Both the position numbers and the translations under genes were made by a program. This document shows, piece by piece, positions 48,464 to 58,886 of a stretch of DNA of 64,000 bases. The notes beneath the pieces were generated by a model. The model worked only from the letters and a program-made list of their open reading frames with translations, ran no database searches and had not been told where the DNA came from. Where the stretch lies: contig JBGSQF010000018.1 in assembly GCA_041738235.1 (NCBI GenBank), forward strand, positions 1,404 to 65,403, given 5' to 3'. Position 1 is the first letter of the stretch. Each line of letters starts with the position of its first letter. The stretch comes from Minisyncoccia bacterium. Lineage in GTDB: Bacteria; Patescibacteriota; Minisyncoccia; Moranbacterales; GCA-2747515.

Positions 48464-48630
48464 CGAGTTTAACCTCTTGATAGATTGTAAAAGAACAGCT
48501 GTGAATAATACTAACTATTGTGGCAGTTGTCAATAGTGGGCTCTTGCAAAATTTACCATTTTATGCTAATTGTTTCTTACAGTTCTTTTAAGCCAATCCA
48601 TCAAACCCAATATGTGCGAGGTTCTGTTTC

Positions 48631-49905
48631 ATGAAGATCTCTTTTGGTCTCGATTTCGGCACCACCAACTCGGTCCTGGCGATAGCACGGAGTAGCGGCG
48701 TAACAATCGCCGATATCAATCCGAACGGCCAGCCGACCAGTACGCTCAAGTCAGTCCTTTTTTTTGACGAAGAGGGAGGGGTTGATATCGGCCAAGAAGC
48801 CATTGAGCAATACATCTCTTACGGTGGTGCATATGGCCGATTCATGCAGTCCATCAAGGCCTTCCTGCCGAACAGGGGCTTTACCGAAACGTACGTCTAT
48901 AAGAAACGCTATGAGATTGAGGATCTCGTTGCGCTCATCCTGAAAGCGATCAAACACCGTGGCGAGCTCCAGGTCAGGCATGTCGTAGACACGGTATTTT
49001 TGGGACGCCCGGTAGTTTTTTCGGACGATCCAGAGCTTGACCTTCTTGCGGAAGAGCGGTTGCGAACGGCGGCTTTGCGTTCGGGGTTTACGAACGTGCA
49101 TTTTGTGTACGAGCCGATCGCGGCAACCCTTGCCTACGAATCCCGTCTCCCGGAGGGAAAGGAACGCCTAGTATTCATGGGGGATTTTGGAGGGGGCACA
49201 TCGGACTTTGTAGTCATGCGCCTTCGTGGCGGTAAACGTGACCCGAAAGAAAGCCGCGATAACGATATTCTAGCCACCGGCGGTGTGTACGTTGCGGGGG
49301 ATGCCTTTGATGCCTCCATTATGTGGCACAAGCTGACCAAGTATTTTGGAAAGGACGCCAAGACCCGCGGAATGTCGAATCAAATTCTCGATACCCCGAC
49401 TTGGATTTTCCGCACCTTGTGTCAATGGCATATGATCCCGCAGCTCCGCGATCGAAAAACGCTGAGCACGATCCGGTCGCTTATCGGGGTGACGGAGGAT
49501 GATCGGATGGCGCTGAGCAGGTTACAGGCGTTTATCGTCGAGAATCTCGGATACATGCTGTTCCGAGAGATCGAGCGGGCAAAGCGTGGACTTTCCGAAA
49601 GCGAGTCCGAAGCCATCGGCTTTTCCGAGAAGGATATCGAAATCTTGGAAGCCATTACGCGAGAGGAATTTGAGGAAATGGCGGACGATCGCTTCCGGGA
49701 GATAAGCGCTTGTGTGGACGAGACGCTGTCCAGATCTGGTGTCGGGTATGGAGACATCGATGCAGTACTTCTAACCGGAGGATCATCGTTCATCCCAAGA
49801 ATCAGAAGGATTTTCTCGGATAGATTTGGGGAGGAAAAAATCCTGCCCATAGACGCCTTCACGAGCGTGGCCTACGGTCTCGGTCTGAGCGCAATGAAGT
49901 ACTAA
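48631..49905 (+). CDS. Hsp70/actin-superfamily ATPase (NBD only; YegD-like)
   Basis: Phosphate-1 MKISFGLDFGTTNSVLA, GGGTSDFVVMR, and phosphate-2/adenosine motif LLTGGSSFIPRIRRIF. 424 aa with no substrate-binding domain. Confidence 0.6.
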   Translation: MKISFGLDFGTTNSVLAIARSSGVTIADINPNGQPTSTLKSVLFFDEEGGVDIGQEAIEQYISYGGAYGRFMQSIKAFLPNRGFTETYVYKKRYEIEDLVALILKAIKHRGELQVRHVVDTVFLGRPVVFSDDPELDLLAEERLRTAALRSGFTNVHFVYEPIAATLAYESRLPEGKERLVFMGDFGGGTSDFVVMRLRGGKRDPKESRDNDILATGGVYVAGDAFDASIMWHKLTKYFGKDAKTRGMSNQILDTPTWIFRTLCQWHMIPQLRDRKTLSTIRSLIGVTEDDRMALSRLQAFIVENLGYMLFREIERAKRGLSESESEAIGFSEKDIEILEAITREEFEEMADDRFREISACVDETLSRSGVGYGDIDAVLLTGGSSFIPRIRRIFSDRFGEEKILPIDAFTSVAYGLGLSAMKY

Positions 49906-50074
49906 ACCCATATTTCTGGGTTGGCCTCGGCAGTAATGCTTCCGAGGTTTCTTTTTTATATAGAGACATGTACTATTGAATTAATAAAATGAGAGAAAGA
50001 GACGATGGAGACAGTAGAAACTATGCAATGCATAGTTTCTTGTTTTCCTACATTACCCAAGCGTTCCGAACATC

Positions 50075-50191
50075 GTCCAGCATTCGGAGCCAAGAAAAAA
50101 CCACCTCCATTTTGGGGGTGGTTTTTCTTTGCTCTCCGTCGAGTAGGATGAGAAGTTTATACTCGGTAGCGTAGCGGACGGGTAAATCCTA
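50075..50191. repeat. right 117-bp direct repeat (attR-like)
   Basis: Identical to 30640..30756. It carries the same terminator hairpin and the tRNA 3'-end-like core. Confidence 0.85.
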
Positions 50192-50296
50192 CCGCCGGAG
50201 CTAAGATAAAAGAGGCTAAGATAAACATCTTTTTTGTTACTCGCAATGGATGTTAGAACCTGATATAATGAATGAAAATTATTTTGTAGTTTTTTT

Positions 50297-50830
50297 ATGA
50301 ATCACATCCAAGATTGGGAGGAGCTCTCTCGAGAAACAATTTTTGAGAAGTACAGAAGAGGTATTGAGAAAGTTGTTTTTCGTCTTCCTGATAATTCCGA
50401 ACGAGATTTTTATCTCAAGAAGGAAGACAGTCCTATTTGTGTTTTTTCCTTGACTGAGAAAAATGAAGTCATTCTCGCCAAGCAGTACCGACCCGGCCCG
50501 AAGAAGGTGTTGCTGGAGCTTCCAGGTGGGGGAATAGAAAAAGGCGAAACTCCAGAAGATGCTATCACAAGGGAGCTCCTTGAAGAAACCGGCTATATAG
50601 GAAACGTTGAAAGAGTTACGCGTGCCTACGAATGCGGATACTCACCAATGCATCGATATTGCTTTGTGGCTACGAACTGTAAAAAGATTTCAGAACCGAG
50701 GCTTGATGACGGGGAGTTTATTGAAGTCATTTTGATGCCACTTCCCCAATTTCGTGAGCACCTTAGGAGCGGTGAACTGACAGATATTGAAGTCGGCTAT
50801 CTTGGTCTTGATTTCTTGGGATTACTTTGA
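50297..50830 (+). CDS. NUDIX hydrolase
   Basis: NUDIX box GGGIEKGETPEDAITRELLEETGY. Confidence 0.6.
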   Translation: MNHIQDWEELSRETIFEKYRRGIEKVVFRLPDNSERDFYLKKEDSPICVFSLTEKNEVILAKQYRPGPKKVLLELPGGGIEKGETPEDAITRELLEETGYIGNVERVTRAYECGYSPMHRYCFVATNCKKISEPRLDDGEFIEVILMPLPQFREHLRSGELTDIEVGYLGLDFLGLL

Positions 50831-51028
50831 AATAGTGAAATGCGGGGTAGGGTAAACTTTACGCACCTTGTTCCAAGAACTGCTTTAATCCGAAGTAGTA
50901 GAACTTTGCGGTCTTATCTTCCTGTATAGAGGTTCTAATAGTGTTCAGCAGGCGGAGCATAGAGGGTCCTTGTCACTCAAAAGTTTTGAACACGTTAAGT
51001 GGGGAATTATAAACATTAATTATCTGTT

Positions 51029-51238
51029 ATGCAAAAGATCGCCACAAGAGTATTCATCTATGCGTCGCTTGCCTTCGGCGTAATAGGGGTTTTGGTTATT
51101 CTAACATCTCCTGGCCCCGGAGGAACAAGTTCCGATCTCAATACGTTTCTTGTGAAGACCCTCTTTGTGACTGTTTTTATCATACTCCCTTCATTTGCAT
51201 TGAGTGCTGCAGGAAAGTATCTCAATGGGAGGCTTTAG
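51029..51238 (+). CDS. small membrane protein
   Basis: 69 aa with two hydrophobic helices. Confidence 0.3.
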   Translation: MQKIATRVFIYASLAFGVIGVLVILTSPGPGGTSSDLNTFLVKTLFVTVFIILPSFALSAAGKYLNGRL

Positions 51239-51287
51239 TTTGTATTTCCTCGGAGAGTTTTTAAGAGGGATTCAATGTATGTGGTCA

Positions 51288-51320
51288 AAAAAATACCCGG
51301 ATCACCGGGTATTTTTGTTT
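51288..51320. terminator. bidirectional intrinsic terminator
   Basis: AAAAATACCCGG-atca-CCGGGTATTTTTG between convergent genes. Confidence 0.55.
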
Positions 51321-51333
51321 TGTAGAATCAGCT

Positions 51334-51573
51334 TTAACGCACCGCCTTGACGATCGCGATCAGCACTACTGCTCCGAGTAGGGCCACTAAAAAACTGTAT
51401 AGATTGAATCCAGTGACTCCTCCTTGCCCGAAAAAATGCATGATCCACCCTCCTAACAGTGCACCTACGATACCTAAAATGATATCTAAGACCAGACCCT
51501 CATTGGTTCCCATCACTAACGAAGCGACCCAGCCAACGATTGCCCCAAAGACAACCCACAAAATAATTTCCAC
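51334..51573 (-). CDS. GlsB/YeaQ/YmgE-family transglycosylase-associated membrane protein
   Basis: 79 aa. GAIVGWVASLVMG and ILGIVGALLGGWI Gly-zipper TM helices are typical of the family. Confidence 0.6.
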   Translation of the reverse strand: MEIILWVVFGAIVGWVASLVMGTNEGLVLDIILGIVGALLGGWIMHFFGQGGVTGFNLYSFLVALLGAVVLIAIVKAVR

Positions 51574-51790
51574 ATTGGTATTTTTAAACAGTTAATCTCT
51601 ACTTGCTAGTACAGTGCGCAAAGGGGTAAATTTCAAATCAGTTGGTGATCTTTTTGAGAGCTAACAGGGTAAGTTTGTTCGGTAGGGTGTTGAAAATAGC
51701 GATCTAGTGAAAACCTATTCGGCTCTGTGTGAAATTCAGATCGTTTTGCTTGGTACTACTAAATACAAATAAGTAGTAACCATTTTTTGT

Positions 51791-52132
51791 ATGAAAAAGT
51801 ATCTCGCGGTTTTCGTAGCACCCATTGAAGCTTACGATAAAATGAAAGAGGAAATGCAGAGCAAGTCTTCAGAACAGAAGCAGCAGGAGATGGAGACTTG
51901 GATGCAGTGGATGCAGGCACACAAGGAGAGCATTGTTGATAACGGTGGTGGGGTTGGTAGTGCGAAACGTGTTACTGGGGGTGGTGAAGTTACTGACGTT
52001 CGGAATGAAATTGGTGGCTATATGATAGTTCAGGCAGAAAGCGCCGAGGGGGCAGCGGGAATTTTCAAGGACAGTCCTCACTTTGGTGTTACGGGTGGCG
52101 GTGTTGAGGTTATGGAGATAATGCAAATGTGA
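51791..52132 (+). CDS. hypothetical protein
   Basis: 113 aa. No family recognised. Confidence 0.35.
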   Translation: MKKYLAVFVAPIEAYDKMKEEMQSKSSEQKQQEMETWMQWMQAHKESIVDNGGGVGSAKRVTGGGEVTDVRNEIGGYMIVQAESAEGAAGIFKDSPHFGVTGGGVEVMEIMQM

Positions 52133-52610
52133 GTGGTTGAGTGGTTTATTGAGTTTATTTAAATAAATTCACTGGGATGAACCCGTGCCTTTTGGTGTAC
52201 GTTTGAAACATAAAAAATAATTTTGAAACATGGATACGATCACAGGGCGTATAAACGCGACAGCATAAAAAATTCTTGAACAGCATCCAGTAGGTCTCCG
52301 CTGGTTAGAACTTCTTTCAAAGATCAAGGAGTCAGATCCAAGTTTTCATCCAAAAACGGTCAATGGGTGCGTATGGAAGTTGACTGAGAAGTTCTCAAAC
52401 AAGGTTTATAAACCATCCAAAGGACTTTTTCGTTTGTTAAAATATAGACAAAAAAATTCCGATAAAACACATTAAGGACACAGTGAATTTCAGATCGGAG
52501 GAGGTGAACAAAAAAAGTTAAAAATTTGATCTGTTTTTTATCAAATACGGTTCGGTATCCTATTTTGCGAAGGAACTTTTAAAAATGGCCATTGAGAGTC
52601 GTTTTTTAGT

Positions 52611-54203
52611 ATGATAGAATTGGGTTCAGTCATTCGTTTTATGTATCCTATGGATGAAAGAAACATTGGAGAGTACAAGGCTTTTTCTAAAGCAGCCAAG
52701 GACGTTGGATTTGACAAGGACGAAAGAAAATTAGGAGCAATGGATCCGGGGATCCTTTTAGAAGGTACGAGTGAGGAGTTAAAAAGACAGGTGGCCCCAG
52801 AGATGCTCACGTCCTTTTTAAAGTCTTTGCGGGGCGATAGTCATGCTGATCCAAGGCATATGTTGGAGGCTGGTAATTTTCTTTATAGTTGCAGATCAGA
52901 TCAGAGAGATCCGAGAAACAGGATCATTCTCAATGATAAAGAAAACCGCCTCGTCGGTCTCGCGTGTCATCTTGTTGAAAATGCTCTGTATGAAGGGAAA
53001 TTAGAAGATCTTACTCAAGAACAGGCGGCAGCTTTGGCTTTTACGGCAAATGTTTCTGCCAAGCTTATTGAGCAGGGGTCTATGCGATCAGAGGGTTGGT
53101 ATGATACAAAAAAGTTTAAAAAATTTGTGTCAGAGGTGAGAGAGTTTAAAAAGGAACAATTATCAGCCATGTTTCATACTGGCGATCAAGTCATGTCAGC
53201 TGGGGAGATCATTCAGGAATATGAGGGAAGGATAGTGGAAGAGTTGGGGGCCATAGAGGGCATCCTACAGTCTGTTGACTGGAATGATGAAATCTCCGGT
53301 CTAAGGATAAAAATTGACAAGGCTTTCAACACGATCCAAAGGTCCGAGTCTCCTTTGCGCTATACAATAGATGAGCTGAGGGAATTATTCGACGAGTGGA
53401 TGATCGATAGACCGAGAATTATCACGTATATGCAAACCGAGTTCAAGGCTGCTCAAGGATACGCAAGAGGAAACGATCGTCGTCCTCATGACTACAGAGA
53501 TTTTTCTACATTTCTTTGCTATTCTCGTGCGCAAAAACCATTTTCACAGGAGAGTGATAGATATTTTGGGGCTCTTAAACGGCTCAAAGCTGTTTATAGT
53601 GAGAAGCGGGATCTTGACAAAGCAAAAAATCCTAATAAGAAAAGGGAACCTCTAAAGGATTTTGCTTCTATGCGACAGGCTTTCGCAGAAAGCAGTTTGC
53701 CGGATGCTTTTGAAACATTAAAGCTTCTTTTTGAGTTAAAGGATCCTGGTCTTGGTTCAGTGGGCACGTTTATGTCCGGAATGAGAAAAGTATCTCGCAC
53801 AATATCTTCACGGGATTCTGTGAAGATGTATGATCGATCTTTTAGTGTCGCAGATCAGTCGTTGATGAGGAAGGAGAGTAGACCGGCCACTATCCCATAC
53901 TTTATTAAATCTTATTTGATCACCAGTGCTATTATGAAGCGTTGGAAGAACCATCCTTATGAGGGATTTACCAAACTTGCTCAGTTGGGACCTCATTCAC
54001 CCTATGGTGTTGAAACGGCAGGCAAAGTGGCTACTTTTAGTTTCTTGGAGAATAATGGAAACGGTGGGAGACGGGTGGGGTCCAGCTCCCCGTCCTACTC
54101 CGACCTCCATTACATAACGGAGGATATCCCTTTCGTTGTATGGGCGATGAAATATGTACAGTCAAAGGGTGCTCCTGAGAACAATGTGTGGGGTAAGGTC
54201 TAG
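52611..54203 (+). CDS. hypothetical protein
   Basis: 530 aa. Soluble, no recognisable motifs. Confidence 0.45.
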   Translation: MIELGSVIRFMYPMDERNIGEYKAFSKAAKDVGFDKDERKLGAMDPGILLEGTSEELKRQVAPEMLTSFLKSLRGDSHADPRHMLEAGNFLYSCRSDQRDPRNRIILNDKENRLVGLACHLVENALYEGKLEDLTQEQAAALAFTANVSAKLIEQGSMRSEGWYDTKKFKKFVSEVREFKKEQLSAMFHTGDQVMSAGEIIQEYEGRIVEELGAIEGILQSVDWNDEISGLRIKIDKAFNTIQRSESPLRYTIDELRELFDEWMIDRPRIITYMQTEFKAAQGYARGNDRRPHDYRDFSTFLCYSRAQKPFSQESDRYFGALKRLKAVYSEKRDLDKAKNPNKKREPLKDFASMRQAFAESSLPDAFETLKLLFELKDPGLGSVGTFMSGMRKVSRTISSRDSVKMYDRSFSVADQSLMRKESRPATIPYFIKSYLITSAIMKRWKNHPYEGFTKLAQLGPHSPYGVETAGKVATFSFLENNGNGGRRVGSSSPSYSDLHYITEDIPFVVWAMKYVQSKGAPENNVWGKV

Positions 54204-54565
54204 TTAACTTAGTTACCCTCAGTATTTTTTGAAACGTCTTTTCCTTAACGATTTTTTCTGTTGTTGAGTAGTGAGCAGGGACTGGATAGGGAAATATGGT
54301 AGAAAGAGGAAATCGGGACCGTGGTCAAGTAACGGCCCATCGGCAGAGAGCCCATCTGCGTCATCGGTGGGTTTTCTGTTTTTTATATTTGACAGACGGT
54401 TCTCTGGTTCGTTGCTCCTAACTTATTTGTGGATGTTTTATATTGTGTTATAAAGTCTAATTTAAAAGACTTTTTGGAGTTTTTGTATACTTTTTGGAAT
54501 ATTCTCACGCGTGGGTCGTACTATAAACAGTTGGATATATACATGTTGATTTGTAGAACGAATAT

Positions 54566-55081
54566 ATGGAGAAAAAACAAGAAGATTCGATACAAAGTAC
54601 CGAGGCGGAGGGCGGGAATCGGAGAGTCGTCGTTGGTGTAGTTGTGGCTGTTGTGGTTCTCGGGGTGTTGTACGTGGTCTTCAGTCGTCCGTCTGGAGAG
54701 AAAATGATCTCAACTAACGCTCCGGCTTCAAATAATATTCCGTCTCAAACCGGACAGAAGTTTGTTGATCAGGACTATGCCAAGAGTGCCTATCTTATTT
54801 CCGGAGATATGTTGAGTACTGAGGCAAGGCAGGCGCTTGCTGGGTTTGACCTACAGAAAGAATCTTCGTCGGATGGAACGGTTATGTATACGTTAAAAGC
54901 GCTCAAGCCTGAATATCATGATCAGGTCTATATTTTAAAGCCTGGAGAGCAACTCTATTTCATTGAGAAGTTTTTAGGCGATGATGTAAATGAAGATGAA
55001 ACGAATATACGGGATGACACAGCGGCTGTTGTGGATGCTCAGGGGATGATAGTTGAGGCACCACGTGATTTTTCTCAGTAA
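54566..55081 (+). CDS. membrane-anchored hypothetical protein
   Basis: 171 aa with a TM helix VVVGVVVAVVVLGVLYVVF. Confidence 0.4.
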   Translation: MEKKQEDSIQSTEAEGGNRRVVVGVVVAVVVLGVLYVVFSRPSGEKMISTNAPASNNIPSQTGQKFVDQDYAKSAYLISGDMLSTEARQALAGFDLQKESSSDGTVMYTLKALKPEYHDQVYILKPGEQLYFIEKFLGDDVNEDETNIRDDTAAVVDAQGMIVEAPRDFSQ

Positions 55082-55319
55082 AAGGTGTTTTATGGATTTC
55101 TTTTAAAATATACATACGACCCTCCGTCGTTGTGAGGAAGCGAAGCAATCAGGTATGTAAGCCCATAGAGCGGTTGCCACGTCGCGTATCCTCGCAATGA
55201 CAGAGGGGCTTGGTGTGTATTTGTCTGGGATCTCAGTGGTAAATTTATTGGAGGGATCGGTTGTGGTGAGGCGAAGTGACCTCACTTTTTGTACTTTTAG
55301 AACGGTTTGCAATAGATAT

Positions 55320-56357
55320 CTATCGAAGATTCTTGCGGAAAAACTCAATACTTCGTTGCCAAGCCTTTCCTGAGTTATTGCCAATATTGTGGTCATCCCC
55401 GATATATTCGAAGTACTCAACGTTCTTTCCTGCTTTTTTGAGTTCTTCGTTGAGATGTTGAGAGAGTGTGATGGGCACGCTGGCATCTCCTGTGGCATGT
55501 TGGAGCTGGACGGGAGTGGTGATGCCTTCAAGGTATGAGTAGGGATCTAGTTGTCCCCAGAACTCCGGATTTTCTGTGGGTAGCCCATTTTCGCGAATGA
55601 GTGGAGTCTCTCTGATATTTTGTAGGAACGGTATCTGGTCGTTGTACGTTTCAAACATGTCCTTGTAGTTTCCGACCACACCGGCCCATAAGGATGCAGC
55701 TTTGATATCTGGAGAGATGACCAAAACGCGCAAGCCGATCTCCCCACCATTTGAGTGGCCCCAATAGCCAATCCTATTGGGGTCGACATCCGGGTATTTT
55801 TTAAGATAGGAGAGTGCGTACAAAGTATCTACGGTGTATTTTTCGGAAAAGTGTGCGCTCACCGCTTCACCCTCAGACTCTCCATGTCCACGAAGGTCGG
55901 GCTTAAATGTTATAAATCCGCTGCGTGCCAGAGTTGCTTGGTAAGTTGGATAGCTTCCAGTAGTTGAGTATTGTTTTGGCGGGATATATCCATGGATGAA
56001 GAGGATTGCTGGGTACCCACTTTCAGGTTTGGGTGTTAGAGGAATAGTTAAAAGACCATATATCTTGAGTCCCTCGGATCTGTAGGATACGCGATATTGT
56101 TGATAGTCTGTCCCATTGGGGAGTGTTTCTTCGATCGTGAAGGCATCTCCGGGATAGCTTCTTTGACGAAGTGACTCAATGGACATCGGAAATAATTCTG
56201 CTGTCTCTGATCCACTTTGTAAAGAGGAAACATCTTCTAGTTGGGGTGCGTTTTTTTCTGCAATGTTGTTGTCTTTTTGGATAGAATCATTCTTTATGAT
56301 GAGACCGACCCCGATCATGACTCCTACAATAAGTAAGGGTATTGTGATATTGTTCAT
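55320..56357 (-). CDS. alpha/beta hydrolase (S9/dienelactone-hydrolase-like), membrane-anchored
   Basis: Nucleophile elbow GHSNGG. HG oxyanion region ILFIHGY. N-terminal TM helix. Confidence 0.6.
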   Translation of the reverse strand: MNNITIPLLIVGVMIGVGLIIKNDSIQKDNNIAEKNAPQLEDVSSLQSGSETAELFPMSIESLRQRSYPGDAFTIEETLPNGTDYQQYRVSYRSEGLKIYGLLTIPLTPKPESGYPAILFIHGYIPPKQYSTTGSYPTYQATLARSGFITFKPDLRGHGESEGEAVSAHFSEKYTVDTLYALSYLKKYPDVDPNRIGYWGHSNGGEIGLRVLVISPDIKAASLWAGVVGNYKDMFETYNDQIPFLQNIRETPLIRENGLPTENPEFWGQLDPYSYLEGITTPVQLQHATGDASVPITLSQHLNEELKKAGKNVEYFEYIGDDHNIGNNSGKAWQRSIEFFRKNLR

Positions 56358-56506
56358 ATTAAATAGAAAGACAAATGTAGTTATACTACTCTTTCAGCGG
56401 ATAAAAGTTGCATCATATCTAAATATGGGGTTGGTCTTGGTATACATAGGTGATTTTGGGCTATAATAGCGATAAGGGTATCTTTTGAAGATAAATCCAA
56501 TGCTTT

Positions 56507-58837
56507 ATGGAGAAAAATAAAGGACTCACGCAACAAGAGGTTGAAAAAATTCAGAAAGAATTTGGTTTTAATGAGATCCAAGAAAAAAAACCAGGTTTTA
56601 TTATAAAATTTATAAAATGGTTTGTCTCGCCGATCGCACTTATGCTTTTGGCCGCCGCGATCTTATCATTTTTTATCGACAAGACGTTTGATTTTTATTT
56701 TATTCTTGTCTTAATGTTGATCAACTTTTTTGTTGGTTTTTGGCAAGAAAAGAAGGCTGATAATGCCATTGCCAAACTAAGTCAGAAACTGGCCGTTGAG
56801 GTGAAGGTTTTTCGAGATGGAGATTGGAGGTGGCTCAATGCAAAATACTTGGTGGTTGGAGATGTTATCGAGTTGAATTTGGGAGACATCATACCGGCCG
56901 ATACAAAAATATTGGAACAGAAGAATTTGAGTGTGAATGAAGCTGCGCTTACGGGTGAATCCTTACCGAAGGAAAAAACAGAGGGAGATACCTGTTTTTC
57001 TGGATCATTTGTTTCTTTGGGTTGGGCGCGAGCTGAGGTTTCGGCGATAGGAAAAAATACCTATTTTGCGAACATCTTGGTCTCCATTGATAAAACATAT
57101 AAACGGAGTTTATTGGAAAAAGACATCCTGAGTATATCCAAATGGCTAACAGTATTGAGTTTGGGGGCGGCGGTTATTCTCACTTTGGTATTTTTGTTTC
57201 AGGGCAGGCCGCTCTTGGAGATACTAACGCTCGACTTGAGTCTCTTTATCGCCGGGATCCCGATAAGTTTGCCGACGGTCATGACGCTTATTATTAGTTT
57301 TGGTGTAGTTGGGCTTGCCAAGAAAAAAACGATCGTACGACGACTCTCAGCACTTGAAGATCTCGCTAATGTTAATCTGCTACTAAGTGATAAAACGGGA
57401 ACGCTGACAAAGAATGAGATCGTGGTTGAGAAAATAATTTCTTATGGAAAATTTTCGGAGGATGATACGCTTATCTTCGCATCGTTTACTACGCGTGAAA
57501 ATGATCGCAATCCGATCAGTATAGCGATCAGAAAAAAAATAGTAGCGTTGCAATTAAGTGTCGAACACCAGATACTTGATTTTTCTCCATTTGATTCGGA
57601 ACGGAAGAGAAGCAGTGCAAAAGTTATATTTCGAGACAAGCATCTATCGGTGAGAGCCGGGGCAGCCCAGATTATACAAACTTTCTGTGATATGGACGAA
57701 AACATATCTTACAAATTTCAGCAAGATGTTTTGGAGGCTGCGCAAAAAGGATATCGGACGATTGCTATTTCAGTTAAAGATTATGCGGGCGGTAAAAAAG
57801 AAATGGAGCTTTGTGGGCTACTGCTTTTCTCTGATTCGTTGGAAAAGGGGGCGAAGAGGACTATTCAATTCATTAGGGATAACGGGATAAAGATAAAGAT
57901 GTTGACGGGGGACAATAGAGCGATTGCAGAGCGAATCTCCAAAGAACTTGATCTTCAGGGGAAAACGGTTAATCAAAAGAGTTTGGCGAAGAGCTTTGAA
58001 GATATGACGGAGGAGGAGTTTGAGAGCGTTGGTGTTTTTGCGGAAATTCTTCCTGAAGATAAATACCATTTGGTTAAGATCGCGCAGAAGAAGTATGTTG
58101 TTGCGGTGACAGGCGATGGCGTAAATGACCTACCTGCGCTTAAGGCGGCTGATGTCAGTATTGCGGTAAAAAATGCAGTTGATGCTCTCAAAAGTGCAGC
58201 GGACCTTAATCTTTTGGGCAGTGGGATCTCGGTTATCCGTGATGCGATCATAGAGTCGAGAAAGATCTTTGCAAGGTTGTATTCTTATTCTATTTACCGT
58301 ATTTCTGAGAGTTATCGCGTAGTTCTTACTATTGCTGTTTTAGGTCTTATATATGGAACATATCCGCTTCAACCGATCCAGCTTATCTTGTTGGCGCTTC
58401 TCAATGACATTCCCATTATTTCCTTGGCTTTCAATAGGGTGAAGATCGCTACCAGACCATCCAAAATAAACGCGAAGGACAGATTAATGTTGAGCACACT
58501 ATTTGGCTCTGTCGGGCTCCTTAATAGTTTTTTGTTTATAGTTATTTTGAGGAATATCTTGCACATGGACTGGCAGCCGATCCAAACACTTTTTTTCCTA
58601 AAATTGACTGTTTCTGGTCACATGCTTATTTATGTAGCACACACCAAGCAACATTGGTATAAATATCTTCCAAGTCGTTCGGTTATGGTGGCAACATTTG
58701 CAACGCAAATAGTGGCAACTGTTTTTGCAGTGGCGGGGATCTTTATGCCGCGTGTTTCGATCGTGTTGGTCATTTTTGTTTGGTTTTGGGCGATCTTATG
58801 GATGCAAGTCTCAGAACTCATGAAAAAATATAGGTAA
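56507..58837 (+). CDS. cation-transporting P-type ATPase
   Basis: DKTGTLT phosphorylation motif, MLTGDN, GDGVNDLPAL, and about 10 TM helices. The N-terminus LTQQEVEKIQKEFGFNEI is type-III-ATPase-like. Confidence 0.8.
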   Translation: MEKNKGLTQQEVEKIQKEFGFNEIQEKKPGFIIKFIKWFVSPIALMLLAAAILSFFIDKTFDFYFILVLMLINFFVGFWQEKKADNAIAKLSQKLAVEVKVFRDGDWRWLNAKYLVVGDVIELNLGDIIPADTKILEQKNLSVNEAALTGESLPKEKTEGDTCFSGSFVSLGWARAEVSAIGKNTYFANILVSIDKTYKRSLLEKDILSISKWLTVLSLGAAVILTLVFLFQGRPLLEILTLDLSLFIAGIPISLPTVMTLIISFGVVGLAKKKTIVRRLSALEDLANVNLLLSDKTGTLTKNEIVVEKIISYGKFSEDDTLIFASFTTRENDRNPISIAIRKKIVALQLSVEHQILDFSPFDSERKRSSAKVIFRDKHLSVRAGAAQIIQTFCDMDENISYKFQQDVLEAAQKGYRTIAISVKDYAGGKKEMELCGLLLFSDSLEKGAKRTIQFIRDNGIKIKMLTGDNRAIAERISKELDLQGKTVNQKSLAKSFEDMTEEEFESVGVFAEILPEDKYHLVKIAQKKYVVAVTGDGVNDLPALKAADVSIAVKNAVDALKSAADLNLLGSGISVIRDAIIESRKIFARLYSYSIYRISESYRVVLTIAVLGLIYGTYPLQPIQLILLALLNDIPIISLAFNRVKIATRPSKINAKDRLMLSTLFGSVGLLNSFLFIVILRNILHMDWQPIQTLFFLKLTVSGHMLIYVAHTKQHWYKYLPSRSVMVATFATQIVATVFAVAGIFMPRVSIVLVIFVWFWAILWMQVSELMKKYR

Positions 58838-58886
58838 CCTCGAATATTATTGGTATAATGTAACTAGGCCTAGTTCATATCTCTTT

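Larger units (their letters stand above)
30640..50191. mobile_element. ~19.4-kb integrated element at tRNA-Asn (serine recombinase, primase-helicase, excisionase-like HTH, Type III R-M, enzyme cargo)
   Basis: Bounded by perfect 117-bp direct repeats, with a tRNA-adjacent recombinase gene. Composition differs from the flanks; the left module is visibly G+C-rich. Confidence 0.75.

Noticed and set aside
50084-50191. Second tRNA gene at the right repeat
   Set aside because: Only the last ~16 nt of a tRNA 3' end is present (ATCCTACCGCCGGAGC). There are no D- or anticodon arms, so it is an att remnant and not a gene.
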